64,000 nt of DNA from Paecilomyces variotii (Eukaryota): assembly GCA_004022145.1 (NCBI GenBank), contig RCNU01000001.1, one strand, 5' to 3'. The translations under genes and the position numbers were made by a program. The notes beneath the pieces were generated by a model. The model searched no databases. It was not told the DNA's origin and was given only the letters and a program-made list of their open reading frames with translations. Shown piece by piece: positions 50,603 to 63,137 of the stretch (positions are counted from its first letter, which is position 1; every line of letters starts with the position of its first letter).

Positions 50603-52184
50603 CTAGACAATAGCCGCCAACTTCCCATTCTGCGCAAATTTGGCTGCGAGCAGGATGGCGCCTCCCAGGATTAGGCTAGCTCCTGAGTACACGGATAGGG
50701 CGAGGAATCCGTATTTCTGACCTAGTTCGCCGCTGATTACAGTGCCGGCCATAGAGCTACAGTGACGATTAGTATTAACGTCAAATCCCGAAGGCTACGG
50801 AAAGGAGGTTCTGGAGATGGACAACGTACGAAAGAGAGCACGAGCCCATGACAATTCCGATAACTGTACCCACCGTAGTTGGTGTGGCGATCTGAGCGGC
50901 ACAGGCTTGTTGAAGTGATAGGATTGCCTTTGGTTCAGCCTATTAGTATAGTTACAGTACATTCAGGTGGATGCCTGCCACTTACCCCAGAGCAGAAGCC
51001 ATATGCTGCGGAGAATATCACCAGACCAGCCACGGATGTCACCTTCGTCCAGCAGAAGGCGATAATACCGGATAACATGGTCGCCAAGATGCAGAGGTTG
51101 AACTTGCCATACTTATCGGCGACAATTCCGGGGATGATGCGTCCGAAGAGCGAGGCACCGTTGATAATCGAGATGGTGTAGAAGGATAGGTTCGATGAGA
51201 AGCCTTTATCGACCGCATAAGCGGTAGTGTAGAAGAAAGGTGAGAACATGCCAAAGTAAACGATGAAGAAACCGGCGCAGGATAGCTGTAGTTCTGGTTT
51301 CTTCACGACAGAGAAATCCAACTTCGGTTTAGCGGGCGGTTGATCTTCTTTGGCAACTGGCTCTGGATCACTTGCTGCTGAAGATGCAGACGACGGCGCA
51401 GGTGGTGTCTTTGGTGCCGGTTGGCGCCCTGATAGGGAAGAGATTCCCAAGATGGGCAGCATTATGAACCCAACAATGCGCATCGTCCACCCGAATCCAA
51501 CGTTCGATTTCTCAAGCAGTTCGTGTACGACGACAGGCCAGATGACACCTCCCAGGGATGATCCCGCGATAACCATACCAACTGCCGCTGCCCGTTTCTT
51601 CTGGAAGTGCTTGCTGATGATAGCTATCATGGGGGTCACGATAAATGCCATCGAAATCCCAAGAAGGATACCCTGCGCAAGGATGAACTGGTAGAGCTCC
51701 TTGCAGAGAGATGCCATCATGATGGAGAAGACAACCCCAAGAGATCCCAACCAGAGCATCAGCTGTTTTCAAGAATCAGGTTCTGTCCATAAAATATATT
51801 GGGCTATCCTTCGTACCTCCGGACCAGATACATCAAGCAAAGGACCTGTGAAGACTGAACCCGCGAATATGCAGAATACGTTGATCGCCCCGATCCATGC
51901 AATGTCTGTTTCCTTTTGATGTGCTAACTGATTCTCCGCGTAATAAGTCTCGAAGACACCGAAAGCGTTAACGAAGCCGACGGTGCAGAACATCGACCCA
52001 AATGCTCCAGCTAAAGCGATCTTTGCCTGAGCTCTGAAATGCGAAAGACTGTCAGGAAAAATGAAATTCCATGGGAAAGAAGGATAGATACATACGTGAG
52101 TTCATTGGCTTCCTCAGTTTCTGGGACCTTGGGGGGTTCCTCCTTGGGGGCAATCTCCCCTGAGACTCTCTCTTCCTGACCCAT
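50603..52184 (-). CDS. MFS monocarboxylate-porter (MCH-like) transporter, multi-exon
   Basis: 'GFVNAFGVF', 'YQFILAQGIL.G', 'F.KKRAAAVG..IAGSSLGGVIWP', 'GFGWTMR', 'GRIIPG.VADKYGKFN'. Confidence 0.92.
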
Positions 52185-52723
52185 TTTTCGACCAACTCTG
52201 TGAATCTGTTTCCACGCAGAAGCAAAGGCTGCTTTGGGAAGGAGAGAGATGGGAGCGGATCAGGAGTTTCAGTTATAAAATAACTGATAGAGACCGTTCT
52301 CGATACTTGCTAGTGGAAGACACTGACGAGTAACTTAACTTACACCCCGAACGGCCAGGCTCTGGGCTTCTTATATTAAGGATCGGCATGTTTACAAAAA
52401 TTCAAGACTAAGTGGAAAGGCCAGCTCCGGAGGGGAAATCGGAGAATCCATGGGACCATTCTATGACTGGTGACCGACCGCATGGAGAATATACCGAAGT
52501 CGATCAGTTGTTGTTCCCATACATTGCGGCCCCTGATGCACCCCGGAGCGTCCGCGGACTGCCCGAGAGCGATTGTCGGAGGGTGGAGGGAGGGCTCTTG
52601 CGTGCGCAATGATATTCTCGTGCAATCTTCACAATGAAAGTTAACATTGAGCAAAATAATGAAGAGCTGAGTCTTCTTACCTCTCTGTCCAATATCCACA
52701 TGCAATAACATCCATCGTGTCTC

Positions 52724-55106
52724 ATGGATGGAGTTGAAGCAAATCGAAGCATCAAGCCGGACCCGAGCGGGGCACGTGATTCAGTTACACCGGGAAGTTC
52801 ACGTCCAAGATCGCAAATATTCTCACGCAGTCACGAACTATCGAGCAGAATGAAACGGAAAGCTGAAGCAGGAAGCCCCGAGGCAGTCGAAGCAGATGCA
52901 TCGCGCAAGCGGCCACCCCGCCAGGATCCTGTGTCGTGCCAAACATGCCGTGCAAAGAAGCTAAAGTGTGATCGGAACCAACCATGTGCGAACTGCACGG
53001 CGCGCAAGATCACCTGTATCTATGGCACTGGTCGCATAGAAAACGCCTCTGACAGGAATACTCAATACACTCAGGAGAAACCGGACGCGACTATCGTGCC
53101 TCATCAGGAGCATGGAGCGAGGCGCCAGCCACTGAGTTCCAACGAGGCACGACCGTCGCGCGAGAGTAGTGAACAGTGTATGACTGCAGACTGGTTGGAG
53201 AACATTGTTATGGGTCCGAGGATCCCGGATGCCCTGCCAACGACCCTTAAGGACAAATTGATCCCATTTCAGCAGAATGGCAACGAGGAAGCCGTCCAGC
53301 GGGCGATGGCCATACCGCTTGGAGCGACTGGGGGGCGTCAGTTCAATGTGCGCAACTCCTATCTGAGAGGGCAAGAGAGGAACCTTGGCAGCATTTCGTT
53401 AGCTAGCCTACTACCAACGAAATCAGAGACTCTATCCCTCTTCAGGTACTACGTGGACTGCATCGATTACCTATACCACGTCATAGTACCAGTTCGCGTT
53501 GAACGCATGATCGATGATATCTACAGGTGCATCGAGAATAATTCTCCCGTCAATCTGAACCATGTCGCTCTCTTGGCAAGCATCCTTGCTGTTACTGTCT
53601 ATTTCCGGCCGCAGAGCGCTACAGAATATACGGAGTCAAGCGATGCAGATGCGAGATGTAAAGAGTTTACTTCCCTGGTAGGCGCTGCCTTGCTACAAAG
53701 CAACTTCATTGCATATCCTACGATCGAGGGACTCCAAGCGACTATAATTATAGCTCACTACTTATCAAGCCTAAATACTGACCCATCTCTGCGCTCGCTT
53801 TTCCTACACGGTACGATTGTCAGTCAAGCAAAGAATCTCATGTTGCACTACACAGACACACCACAACACCAGGAAGAGAGACGAGTAAATGGGTTCGATA
53901 GTGTAGAGGTAGAGACAAGGCGACGACTGTGGTGGCATCTTGTTGCGTATGACTGGTAAAGATTGCTGTGCCTCCTTGATAGCGGACTTTGCTAATGATG
54001 GAGTACACAGGTTACTAGGGTTCTTGAGCGGACCGCAAGAAAGAACATACCTGATACACCCTAATCACATGAACGTCAGACGCCCACTAAATATTGATGA
54101 TGGTCCTTCCCAATCCTACGGGAGCGAGCGTGGGCTTAAACGCTCTATTCCTACTAGCATGTCATATTCTATCGAACGGTTGAAGCTGGCCTTCGTATGC
54201 CGCGAGATTGTGGATGAAACTGCAGTTGAACACTTTCAAGGTCTGGAAGTCAATTATGAAAGAATATTGGATCTTGACCGCAGAATCCAGCAAGTCTACA
54301 AGGAACTTCCAGAGTTCTTTCGTCTTGACCCCGTTAGCAGACGTCGCTATGCTCAACTCTATCGGGAGCGACCTACAATTGCTTGGCAGAGGTGCTTGGT
54401 ACAACAAGGCTACCATTCTCGTCTGTGTCGTCTTCACCGCCAATACTTCATCCGGGGTGCTGGAGACCCGGCTTTTTCGTATTCACATGTTATTTGTCTT
54501 CAGTCAGCACGGAAGGTCCTGGAGATCAAACGCATCATGGACGAAGAAGAGCCGATTTTCACCCCTAACAGCTCTGTGGTGTGGTCGGTAATGCATCACG
54601 TCTTCATGGCGGCCGTCATACTATTAATGGATGTATGTTTCAATTGGGATGATATTCTAGCCAACAAGCGCAGGGAAGAGGTACTGGACGCCTGTCGGAT
54701 GCTGAGCAAAGCGCAGCAGGCTTCAACGCTCGTTAGAGAGGGTATAAATGCCATGATGAGCATATTGCAAAAATACTGGCGACCTGCAAGATCCAATCCT
54801 GGACCAGTTGATCCGACTACATGCACTGCAACGACAGCATTCACCAGCAACTCTATGGTTGTTGAGAGCCCTGCATCGAATGCTCTTCCGACGCCGCAAT
54901 CGAATTTCCCGACTTCTGAAGTCGATGGCAAATTTCTGGCTAACCCTTCTCCTGTCAACGATGCATTTTCTATTGACAATGGTAGCAGAGAACTGGAAGA
55001 TATCTGGACCGCAATGCTGGACAACGGTGGTAATCTCGCTACTGAGCAGACAGACTGGATGGATCTTCTGACTGAACTTACCAATGCGACGATACCTTGT
55101 GAATAA
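52724..55106 (+). CDS. Zn(II)2Cys6 transcription factor with fungal MHR domain
   Basis: CQTCRAKKLKCDRNQPCANCTARKITC and 'E.RRRLWW.L...DW'; intron 53956-54010. The start may instead be 52850. Confidence 0.95.
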
Positions 55107-55441
55107 GGAAAGCTGGTATTGGGTCTCGATATGCATAAAAATCAAATTTTCGTGGTGTTCGGGTCTAACGGAACATCGTTAGGTTCTGTCAATAGAGTTG
55201 CTATCTCCGACGGGCCTGACCAATATCACCCCCTGGAACCTTATGCCGATGAGAACCTATTCATTCCCAGGCGCAACCAATCGGCCTCTGTTGAAGACGT
55301 CACAACACATTCCATGATCACGGCCACATATACCGGATCTATTCCAAAGATACAATATCCCGCTCTCCATACTTAGCAGCAGATCAACCAAATCCATATT
55401 GCATCCTCCTGAGAAAAGTAATAGCTTGGTCAGCCTGCGCC

Positions 55442-55999
55442 ATGTCGACGGAGAGTAATCTCCCTCTGATACACCGCTACATCACCACGCATAGCAAAGA
55501 GGGCGAATCCGTCTTCGTCTCCACGAGCCAGTTTCCCGAGTGCATACCTGCCCGTCCTGCAGGAGAGGATGGCGACCTGGCCCTTCTCTACGCAACCGCT
55601 TCATGCCCCGTCCAGCCTCACGACGAATATGACGTCGCGCTATACGACGAATACCTGCACACGCCTCAGGGGCTCGTACCGCCCACAGGATCCGTGATCC
55701 GAACGATCGATCTACGACCGGGGAAAGTCACCCCCATGCATCGTACCGTCAGTCTAGATTACGGCATCCTCCTGGAAGGCGAAGTGGATCTTATCCTGGA
55801 CTCAGGCCAGAAGCGGATCATGAGGCGCGGAGATGTCATCATCCAGAGGGGAACGGCGCATTCATACAGGAACCGAAGCCAGACGGAGTGGTGTCGGATG
55901 GTGTTTGTATTTCTGCCCATGGAGCAAATTACAGTCGCTGGGAAGACCTTAGATGCAGAGGTGTATGATGAGCCCTATGAACTGGGAAAGCAGCAATGA
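55442..55999 (+). CDS. Cupin-domain protein of the type found in fungal polyketide clusters
   Basis: 'RYITTH..G', 'PMHRTVSLDYGILLEGE', 'GDVIIQRGTAHSYRN'. Confidence 0.9.
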   Translation: MSTESNLPLIHRYITTHSKEGESVFVSTSQFPECIPARPAGEDGDLALLYATASCPVQPHDEYDVALYDEYLHTPQGLVPPTGSVIRTIDLRPGKVTPMHRTVSLDYGILLEGEVDLILDSGQKRIMRRGDVIIQRGTAHSYRNRSQTEWCRMVFVFLPMEQITVAGKTLDAEVYDEPYELGKQQ

Positions 56000-56419
56000 G
56001 CAATGCTATATGAATATGTTTGTAATATCAACACACGATCCGCGTAGCATACTCTCGCTTGATTTATTATTTGAACACATGGGATAAGTTTGAATTGCTT
56101 CCGATAGATGACTGGATAGATCCTTCCATCGGAGACAATTAATCAAGACAGGGCCCTTACTCGGCGTTAACATCGACCTTATTATTCTTGTCTACATAGT
56201 TTAGAGAGTATGATAACCATCCCGATCCCGTGCGGGAGCTAGTACAGCTTCGGTATAGAACTTACCTTGGAGGGCTTAGCATATAAATAGCAATCCACAT
56301 AACAGACTTTCATAGGTCCACCGTCCGAGTCTATCTAAACTTCTGTTCTTAACAATGATGTTGTAATGGACAGCAGCGTCATCAACTTTCGTTTATATGA
56401 GGCGCGGAAGCTAGGAAAG

Positions 56420-57120
56420 TCGGGACTTAAGCGAGAGACAGCATTGTCAACCAAGTTGGCAGCCAAGGCGCCGCTCAGAATCTTCAGCACAGGAACGTCG
56501 AGATTGAGATGCTTGGAAAACCACGAGGCTAAGTACCGTCACCGCGCTGAGAGAGTCCACGCCCTGGTCGATCAGAGGGGCTGCCAGACTCAGCTCGTCG
56601 CCCTCAGCGAACAGCAATGCTCCCCGGATTCTGCTAGACACGTCTTGGAGGATGACGGTGCAGCGCCTGTGGTAAGAATAAACATATCATTTTGGGCCTA
56701 GCTTAGAGCTTCAGAGCTTGATTCTAGAGGAATCAAGCATCTTCATCTCTTCAGCCTACAGCCTCTGAAATATCACCATCACACCCGCACGCTTTCAGAG
56801 CGGACGTATGGCTCTGCGCAAGGATGCATGGTGCGAGTGATAAGCCTTGTCAACTTTGAGGACTCAAGCAGACGGCGATTCGTCAAAAAGAACATCGTAC
56901 GCCTCTAGAAATAATGGCATCTTTATCTCCGAAAGGTGTGACGGTGTCTGGGCCATTGCTCACTGCGACTAGCATTCTACCATTGAAAGACTCAAGAGCG
57001 CACATGTCGCTTGCGTCGTCGAAAGAGGTGTCCGCAGCCATCATGACACTCTCCACACCATCTGGTGATGATATACGCCGTCCGTCTCTAATTCTTTTTA
57101 TTTGACTGACGCTTAAAACC
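56420..57120 (-). pseudogene. Collapsed reducing PKS or PKS-NRPS pseudogene (AT fragment plus ACP fragment)
   Basis: AT: 'MMAA..SFDDA..MC.LE.F.GR..VA.SN.P..VT..GD.DAI' and 'LKVDKAYHSHH' (~56826-57060). ACP: 'PLIDQGVDSLSAVTV', then a frameshift, then 'SWFSKHLNLDVPVLKILSGA' (~56420-56620). Confidence 0.85.
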
Positions 57121-57529
57121 AATGAGCCTTGTACGCCTGTCTCAGAAGACGCCGACTCCTGCAGCGCCTATCGACTACGGATACTATACAACAGAAAATA
57201 CCGAATCGGTGATACTAACGAAGAATTATGAGTTATTCTCCTTCACGAAGACGTCATATAATCCGGGCAGGATTCGCCCGGCTCCTAGTTAATGCATGTT
57301 GAGTATTCTAACTACATACAAGCAACCAGCCAATGGGTTCGACCGTCGACCTATCTTATGGAGAAGGATAATCGAATTTCCCGTATTGAATACGAAAAAA
57401 CAATGGCTAATTCTTCTTAGGTACATAAGTGGGGGGTACATGTTTTTTTTAATTTCCCAATCTCCCATAGTCGTGTCGATTAGGTTGCATTGCCACAGAG
57501 GCTCAATGCAGAAGAATCCCATTTCAATA

Positions 57530-57760
57530 TGAAGGGAACCGAAACGTTCGAAAGTGGCTTTGCTTGCTGAAACATGTCCGGCTCATTACCCCAAGACTAT
57601 GCAAGATAATCGAGGTATTATTCAGATATCGCAGGACATGCACGCCGAAGGTGTTGATAAGGCCGTGGCTGCCGAGGATCGCAGCATAAGTCCCGGTAGG
57701 AAGAGCGTATGCTTTTTCGGAGTCAACATCGCAGCCCAAAAGTAGGGACCACCGGTCTGG
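57530..57760 (-). pseudogene. Amino-acid/GABA permease (APC family) fragment
   Basis: 'GGPYFWAAML' and, in another frame, 'YAAILGSHGLINTFGV..LRYLNN.SI.LHSLGV'; no complete gene. Confidence 0.7.
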
Positions 57761-58664
57761 GTTAATGACATCCTAGTGTACGGATGGTGGTGGTCGAACA
57801 GTGAGGTATCGCCAAAGCTCCATAGCATATCTGATATCTTCACGGCATCTGGAGGTTTCTGATTCGGATGTTGGCAATGGGCTCGATTGATTTGTCCTCG
57901 GGTGCGTGAAGGCATGGACGGTTGCTTTATTCTCAGAGTTGGAACAAACGCCGATGATTCCTCGAACAGCTTTGCAAGGGCTGACACTGACGGCCACTCA
58001 TCTCGGTTGAATCGGCAGTTCAGAAGGGAAATTCGAATGGCGGCTCAATAGAGATCGTATGCTTCGGGGAGTTGAAGCTCGCATTCTCTATTTTGATGAT
58101 TGATCAGCATCGAAAAGATCGGGACCTTGGGTTAAGCAATTCATGTGTGCGTTGTATGTGGCGACTCCCATGATTGCTCTGTCCATGAAGTTGGTTCGAT
58201 GCCTGTTGTTTGTGAGTTCATCTTGGTTTCCTTGTTCCCCAGCGAACAAGTACTCGTCACCAGCACTGCGCAGAAGTGTGAACTCGACGCTGGTGTGAGC
58301 CCCCCAGTCGAGGCACCGGTGCCCCCCCCAGGCACCGGTGGACTGGTCCGGCTCCCCCCCCCCCCTTCTTCCTCCCCTAACCCCATCTACCCCTGGCGCC
58401 CTGGCTGCGCAGCATTCACTCCCCCCGCCTCCGCCCTCCCACCCCCTTCGCCCACCTCCCGGGCCTCCTCGAGCAGGGCGGCCGCTACTATGAAGGCCAC
58501 CGCTGCCTTCCACAGTTTAACTGGGATAGTATCCCGCGGCTGCTCCCCCCACGCCCTCCTCGCCGCCCTCCCCGCCCTCACCAAAATATTTATGAGGAAT
58601 AATCCCCCACAAACTACCGCCATAATCTCGAGAGTGTTTTCCGCCCACACGTATCCCATCTTGA

Positions 58665-58754
58665 ATGTGTTCAGATGTGTTCAGATGTGTTCAGATGTGT
58701 TCAGATGTGTTCAGATGTGTTCAGATGTGTTGTTGTGTTGTTGTGTTGTGTTGG
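58665..58754. repeat. Minisatellite (ATGTGTTCAG)x6 decaying into TGTTG/TGTG repeats
   Basis: Six perfect 10-mers, directly visible. Confidence 0.95.
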
Positions 58755-59187
58755 TGACCTCCAGAGGCGGATATTATGGACCTCTGGGGGGCACTGGTTA
58801 TGGAAAGAGCAGTTTGGGGAAGGCACAAATGTCACCACCTACACCTGCCTCTCTACAAACCGAGTATTCTATGTACAACTGGAGGATCCAGCACGAAGAC
58901 CACATTGAACATTTTCGTGGAATACTTGTCGGTATCAGGAGACTCGGCTGCTGCTTGGTTGGCCCTGGCTCCAGGATCTGCATTTGCTTTCTTCTATCCA
59001 AGCGCTCCAGGCCTGCCGTTTTCATTATTACTATCATCGCGTCATCATCACTGTCCAGAAAGGCCTCAAGGTTATCGCCTTGGCCGTCTCCTAATCGTTC
59101 TTCGTGACCAAGCTATCCACCTTCCCATTCCCTCTGTTGCGCTTTTTTAGTCATTCAGATCGATCTCTGCGTCCTCTGTTGTATCCA

Positions 59188-60378
59188 TTATCGATAACCT
59201 TTGACGGAATGGATTCTGTACCTTCCTTTTGGAGTGGGCGCGAATGTCTCAAATTGGCCACCGTTATATACAGCACCGGTTTCTGGATTATACATGCTAT
59301 CCAACCAGTCTGAAAATTCCCGGCAATTATCGAGGAAGGCAGAATCGACCCATCCATATGATGCATAACGCCATATGGAAGAAAACCCTGTTTCAAGCAT
59401 GCCAAAATAGCGAGAGATATGGAGTTCAATCAATCCATCTGGTGTAATTGTCATATAGTATTTTGCCTTACAGAAAATGCAGTATCGGATATCACCCGGA
59501 CTTAGATCTCGGAAAAGACGCTTGGCAAGTATATAAGTTGTCTTATGTGGACATATTGGAATGTCTGCACTCACGCATAAACGATCAAAGCCAACCAGTC
59601 CGAGATCTGAGAGTCTCCCAAGGTAGAACCGGGATAAGAGACGCATTGTGTCTAAATTGAACTCCACATGCTCTGAAAAGCAGCCGCCAGCAGGGATCGT
59701 AATAGATGAGCCAACTTTCTCTCTGCAAGACCTCATTCCTAGTACTAGGGTTCGGAGCTCAGCAAATGTCATTTCATAGCAAATGCCAACCCAGATCTTC
59801 CTCCTTTTATATTTGCAGCTGCGGGTAATGGCATCAGAGCAGTTTATCCTCTGCTCTTCAATTGACAATTTTAAATTGACGGATTTTTGCGGGGAGTAAA
59901 AGGAACTAGTCCTTGATTTTCTGTGAGTCCTCATACACGCCCAGCAACAGAAAGACTCGGTGCCTTTCCCACAGATTTTATCAAATTCCATCAGGCGGAG
60001 GATATGAAAACGTGCTTCTGTAAGGCTCCAGCTATTATGTGCCGTTGTAGCCAATTTGTGTCGTATATAAATAAAAGCTCGAATATTAGCTCTCGCATAC
60101 CAGAGTCGAGCACAGCTAATCATCAAACAGAAGGTCTCGGCGATAGGGAGATATTGACAGATATGGTCGATTAACTCAACGGGGAGACAGTATAGTGGCC
60201 TTTTCGCATTGAGGGTTCGTACTGTGTTCAGTCGTACCGAATTGGCGATGTTCATCAATATTTTGGAGTGTTGTCTTGTCCTGTAACCGATCAGAGGCAT
60301 TTTGTAGGGTAAGGTAAGCGTAGAGAAATGCTCAACATAATAAAGAATATGCGATGCGCTGACCTTAAATAAACCCAT
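59188..60378 (-). CDS. F-box protein with Cys/His clusters, intronless (true start may be downstream)
   Basis: F-box 'LYCLPVELIDHICQYLP....CL..SC..LW'; 'CCWAC...H', 'PICPH', 'YC.FC'. Confidence 0.75.
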   Translation of the reverse strand: MGLFKVSASHILYYVEHFSTLTLPYKMPLIGYRTRQHSKILMNIANSVRLNTVRTLNAKRPLYCLPVELIDHICQYLPIAETFCLMISCARLWYARANIRAFIYIRHKLATTAHNSWSLTEARFHILRLMEFDKICGKGTESFCCWACMRTHRKSRTSSFYSPQKSVNLKLSIEEQRINCSDAITRSCKYKRRKIWVGICYEMTFAELRTLVLGMRSCREKVGSSITIPAGGCFSEHVEFNLDTMRLLSRFYLGRLSDLGLVGFDRLCVSADIPICPHKTTYILAKRLFRDLSPGDIRYCIFCKAKYYMTITPDGLIELHISRYFGMLETGFSSIWRYASYGWVDSAFLDNCREFSDWLDSMYNPETGAVYNGGQFETFAPTPKGRYRIHSVKGYR

Positions 60379-61174
60379 TTCTAATCATCATCAGGTATAT
60401 TACGAACTGTGAGCGTAATACATTGTGATCTACGTGGTGTTCAATTACGTTATATACTTGTAGTCCGCCAAGCCTTGTCATAGGTAAGTACCCTAAGTCT
60501 GTATTGGGAGGGTTTGAAGTAGAAAATAGGTATACAAGAAACATTTTCAATGTTATTTGAAACCCTAGCACGTTTGGTTTGGTCTGAGATCATTGCTTTA
60601 ATTGCAAGCAATGCTCTGCCTTGTTATTCAATAGATGAATTGGTTGATTTCATGGAGAAATCATGGTGTTGGGCATGTTGTGCGCAGTCGATTACATATG
60701 TTTAACTAGTCCCTTGCACCTATCGTGCTGCATTTGGCGAGTACAACATCCCTACAGGCCCTTTCTGTTTGGAGCCGTTCTCTTTAGAGTGCAGTTACTT
60801 GAAACGACAAGTATAAACATGAGGGGAGCAATAATAAGAACATTTGCAATGATCATATACTTGGAAGGCATAGATAGTTACGCCTTGTGCTGCGGAATAT
60901 TGCCGAGTACAGTGCGGAATTATCGGCACCAGACTAGGCTGGATCTGGCGAAACTACCGCCATACGAAGAGCCAATGGATAAATATAAATTAATTTCTAT
61001 TAATTGACCAAAGAACACTCTGCGCCCTGGGACTCTCGTTCGTTTTCTCAATTCACACTTTCTCTAGGGGCTGCCGGTGCTTGCTTGTCGGTTGTCAGAG
61101 AAAAGAAAAGAAGAAGAAAAAAATCTAAGTATCCGCAACCCATTCTTTACCCCGCGCCAGCGACAGTCAGCGAG

Positions 61175-62896
61175 ATGGACCGCGAACAGTTCAAGGCCGC
61201 TGCACATGCGGCCATCGATGACAGTAAGTTTGGCCTTTGATCGTCCGTCCGAGATTGATTAAGACGCGATTTCTGTGATAGGGTCGTGCAAATGCTTTGA
61301 AGGAGTGGACAACCGCTAAGCAGCATGGAATCGCATAGTCATCGACCATTTCGATACCGTCCCCTCGAAGCCTGTTCTGTCCACTGTCCAGCCGGGATAT
61401 TTGCGTCCTTTGATCCCCGATGCCCCTCCAACCGAGCCGGAAGAATGGTCTCAGATTCAAGCAGACGTCGACTCCAAGATCAAGCCCGGTCTGACACACT
61501 GGCAATCTCCCAACTTCATGGCGTTCTTCCCGGCCGGTGTCACTTACCCCAGTATTCTGGGCGAGATGTACTCTGCTGCGTTCAACGCGCCAGCCTTCAA
61601 TTGGCTCTGCTCGCCAGCGTGTACAGAGCTGGAGACCATCGTGATGGATTGGGTCGCCAAGGCATTGGGTCTCCCGGAATGTTTCCTCAGCACCTCGCCA
61701 AACGGCGGTGGCGGAATCATCCAGGGAAGTGCGAGTGAAGCCGTAGCCACGATGATGGTGGCTGCGCGAGAAAGACGTGTCCGGGAACGAGCCTTGGCTG
61801 AGGGTCTCAAGGAGGGAACGCAGGAGTACGAAGATCGCACGATGGAGCTCCGGCCCCGACTGGTCGCCCTGGGCAGTGACCAGGTTCACAGCAGCACGGC
61901 CAAGGGGGCTCTGATTGCAGGCACCCGATATCGCAGTGTTCCCACCCGTCTTGAAGACAACATGGAGATGACGGCCGATGCGCTGCGGGCAGTTCTTGAG
62001 CAGTGTGAAAAGGATGGGCTGGAGCCGTATTATATGACCCTGACCATGGGAACGACGAGCAGCTGCGCAGTGGACCGTTTCGCCGAGCTCAAGGCGGTCC
62101 TGAAGGAAAAGGAATCATGGCAGAGAATATGGGTGCATATCGACGCTGCCTATGCGGGAGCGGCTTTGGTGGCCGACGAGTATCAGCAGATCGCGCAGGA
62201 GTGGGCCGAAGGAATCGACAGTTTCGAAATGAACATGCACAAATGGCTCCTGGTCAATTTTGACGCTGGGTGAGTTCAAAATATCGATTCCATGTGAAAC
62301 GGGACTAACTGAGTCTCTTCAGGTGCTGCTTCGTCCGCAACCGCTTGGATCTGACAACCTCCTTGGATATCACGCCGGCCTACCTGCGCAACCCTTATTC
62401 AGAAAGAGGATCGGTGATCGACTACCGGAACTGGCAAATTCCCCTGGGTCGGCGGTTTCGTGCATTGAAGATCTGGTTCGTCATGCGCAGCTACGGATTG
62501 GTTGGCCTGAAGAACCACATCAGGAAATGCGTGTCCATTGGAGACGTCTTCACAGACTTGGTTCGCAGCCGGCCAGACCTCTTCGAGATCATCACCAAGC
62601 CTGCCTTTGCGCTCACGGTGTTGCGCGTCCGCAACCCCAAGGCAGTGACAGCCAACGGCACGGCCCACACCGTTGCTCAGCCCGACGAACTCTCTCACGA
62701 TCTGACGAAAGAAGTCTACGAGCGGATTAATGCAGCGGGTGAAATCTTCATCACTTCTAGCGTTATTGCCGGTATATACGTGATCCGCGTTGTTGGTGCC
62801 AGCCCGACTGTCGAGGAGAAGCACCTTCGACGGGCTTTCGACATTCTGGTCACGACCACGGAGTCGGTCCTCAAACAGAAAATGGAGAAAGCATGA
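61175..62896 (+). CDS. Aromatic-L-amino-acid decarboxylase (group II PLP decarboxylase), 3 exons
   Basis: 'MDREQF..AAH..ID', 'PGLTHWQSPNFMAFFP', 'SPACTELE', 'HIDAAYAG', PLP-Lys 'NMHKW', 'WQIPLGRRFRALKIWFV'. Introns at 61224-61338 and ~62270-62322. Confidence 0.96.
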
Positions 62897-63098
62897 TCAG
62901 CTCCCTCTGGGGCTGAATTCTCGATGGGTATTCTATAGATATGCGATTTCTTTTTGCTTTTTTATTTCATGTAAATCGACGCCAGCGATGTACAGTTACG
63001 ATCTCCTCTCCGATGTCAGAAGAGACATGGATACGATATAGACAGACCAGTTATGGGCACATATCTCTTGATTCTCCATTCTTCTTAGAAGATCTTCA

Positions 63099-63101
<3 letters not shown>

Positions 63102-63137
<36 letters not shown>
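63102..63137. repeat. Poly(T) tract, 36 nt
   Basis: Directly visible. Confidence 0.95.

Noticed and set aside
58387-58389. TAG rescued by sexual-stage A-to-I editing
   Set aside because: That mechanism is established in Sordariomycetes, whereas this window looks Eurotialean; a nonsense mutation is simpler.
58665-58754. CRISPR-like array
   Set aside because: Contiguous 10-mers without spacers in a eukaryotic genome; a simple minisatellite.
58145-59107. 320-aa plus-strand ORF
   Set aside because: Runs through C-rich low-complexity DNA and the minisatellite (CSDVFRCVQM repeats); most likely an artefact.
30900-60600. Starship giant transposon
   Set aside because: Cargo-like genes are present, but no DUF3435 tyrosine-recombinase captain or boundary repeats are visible in the window.
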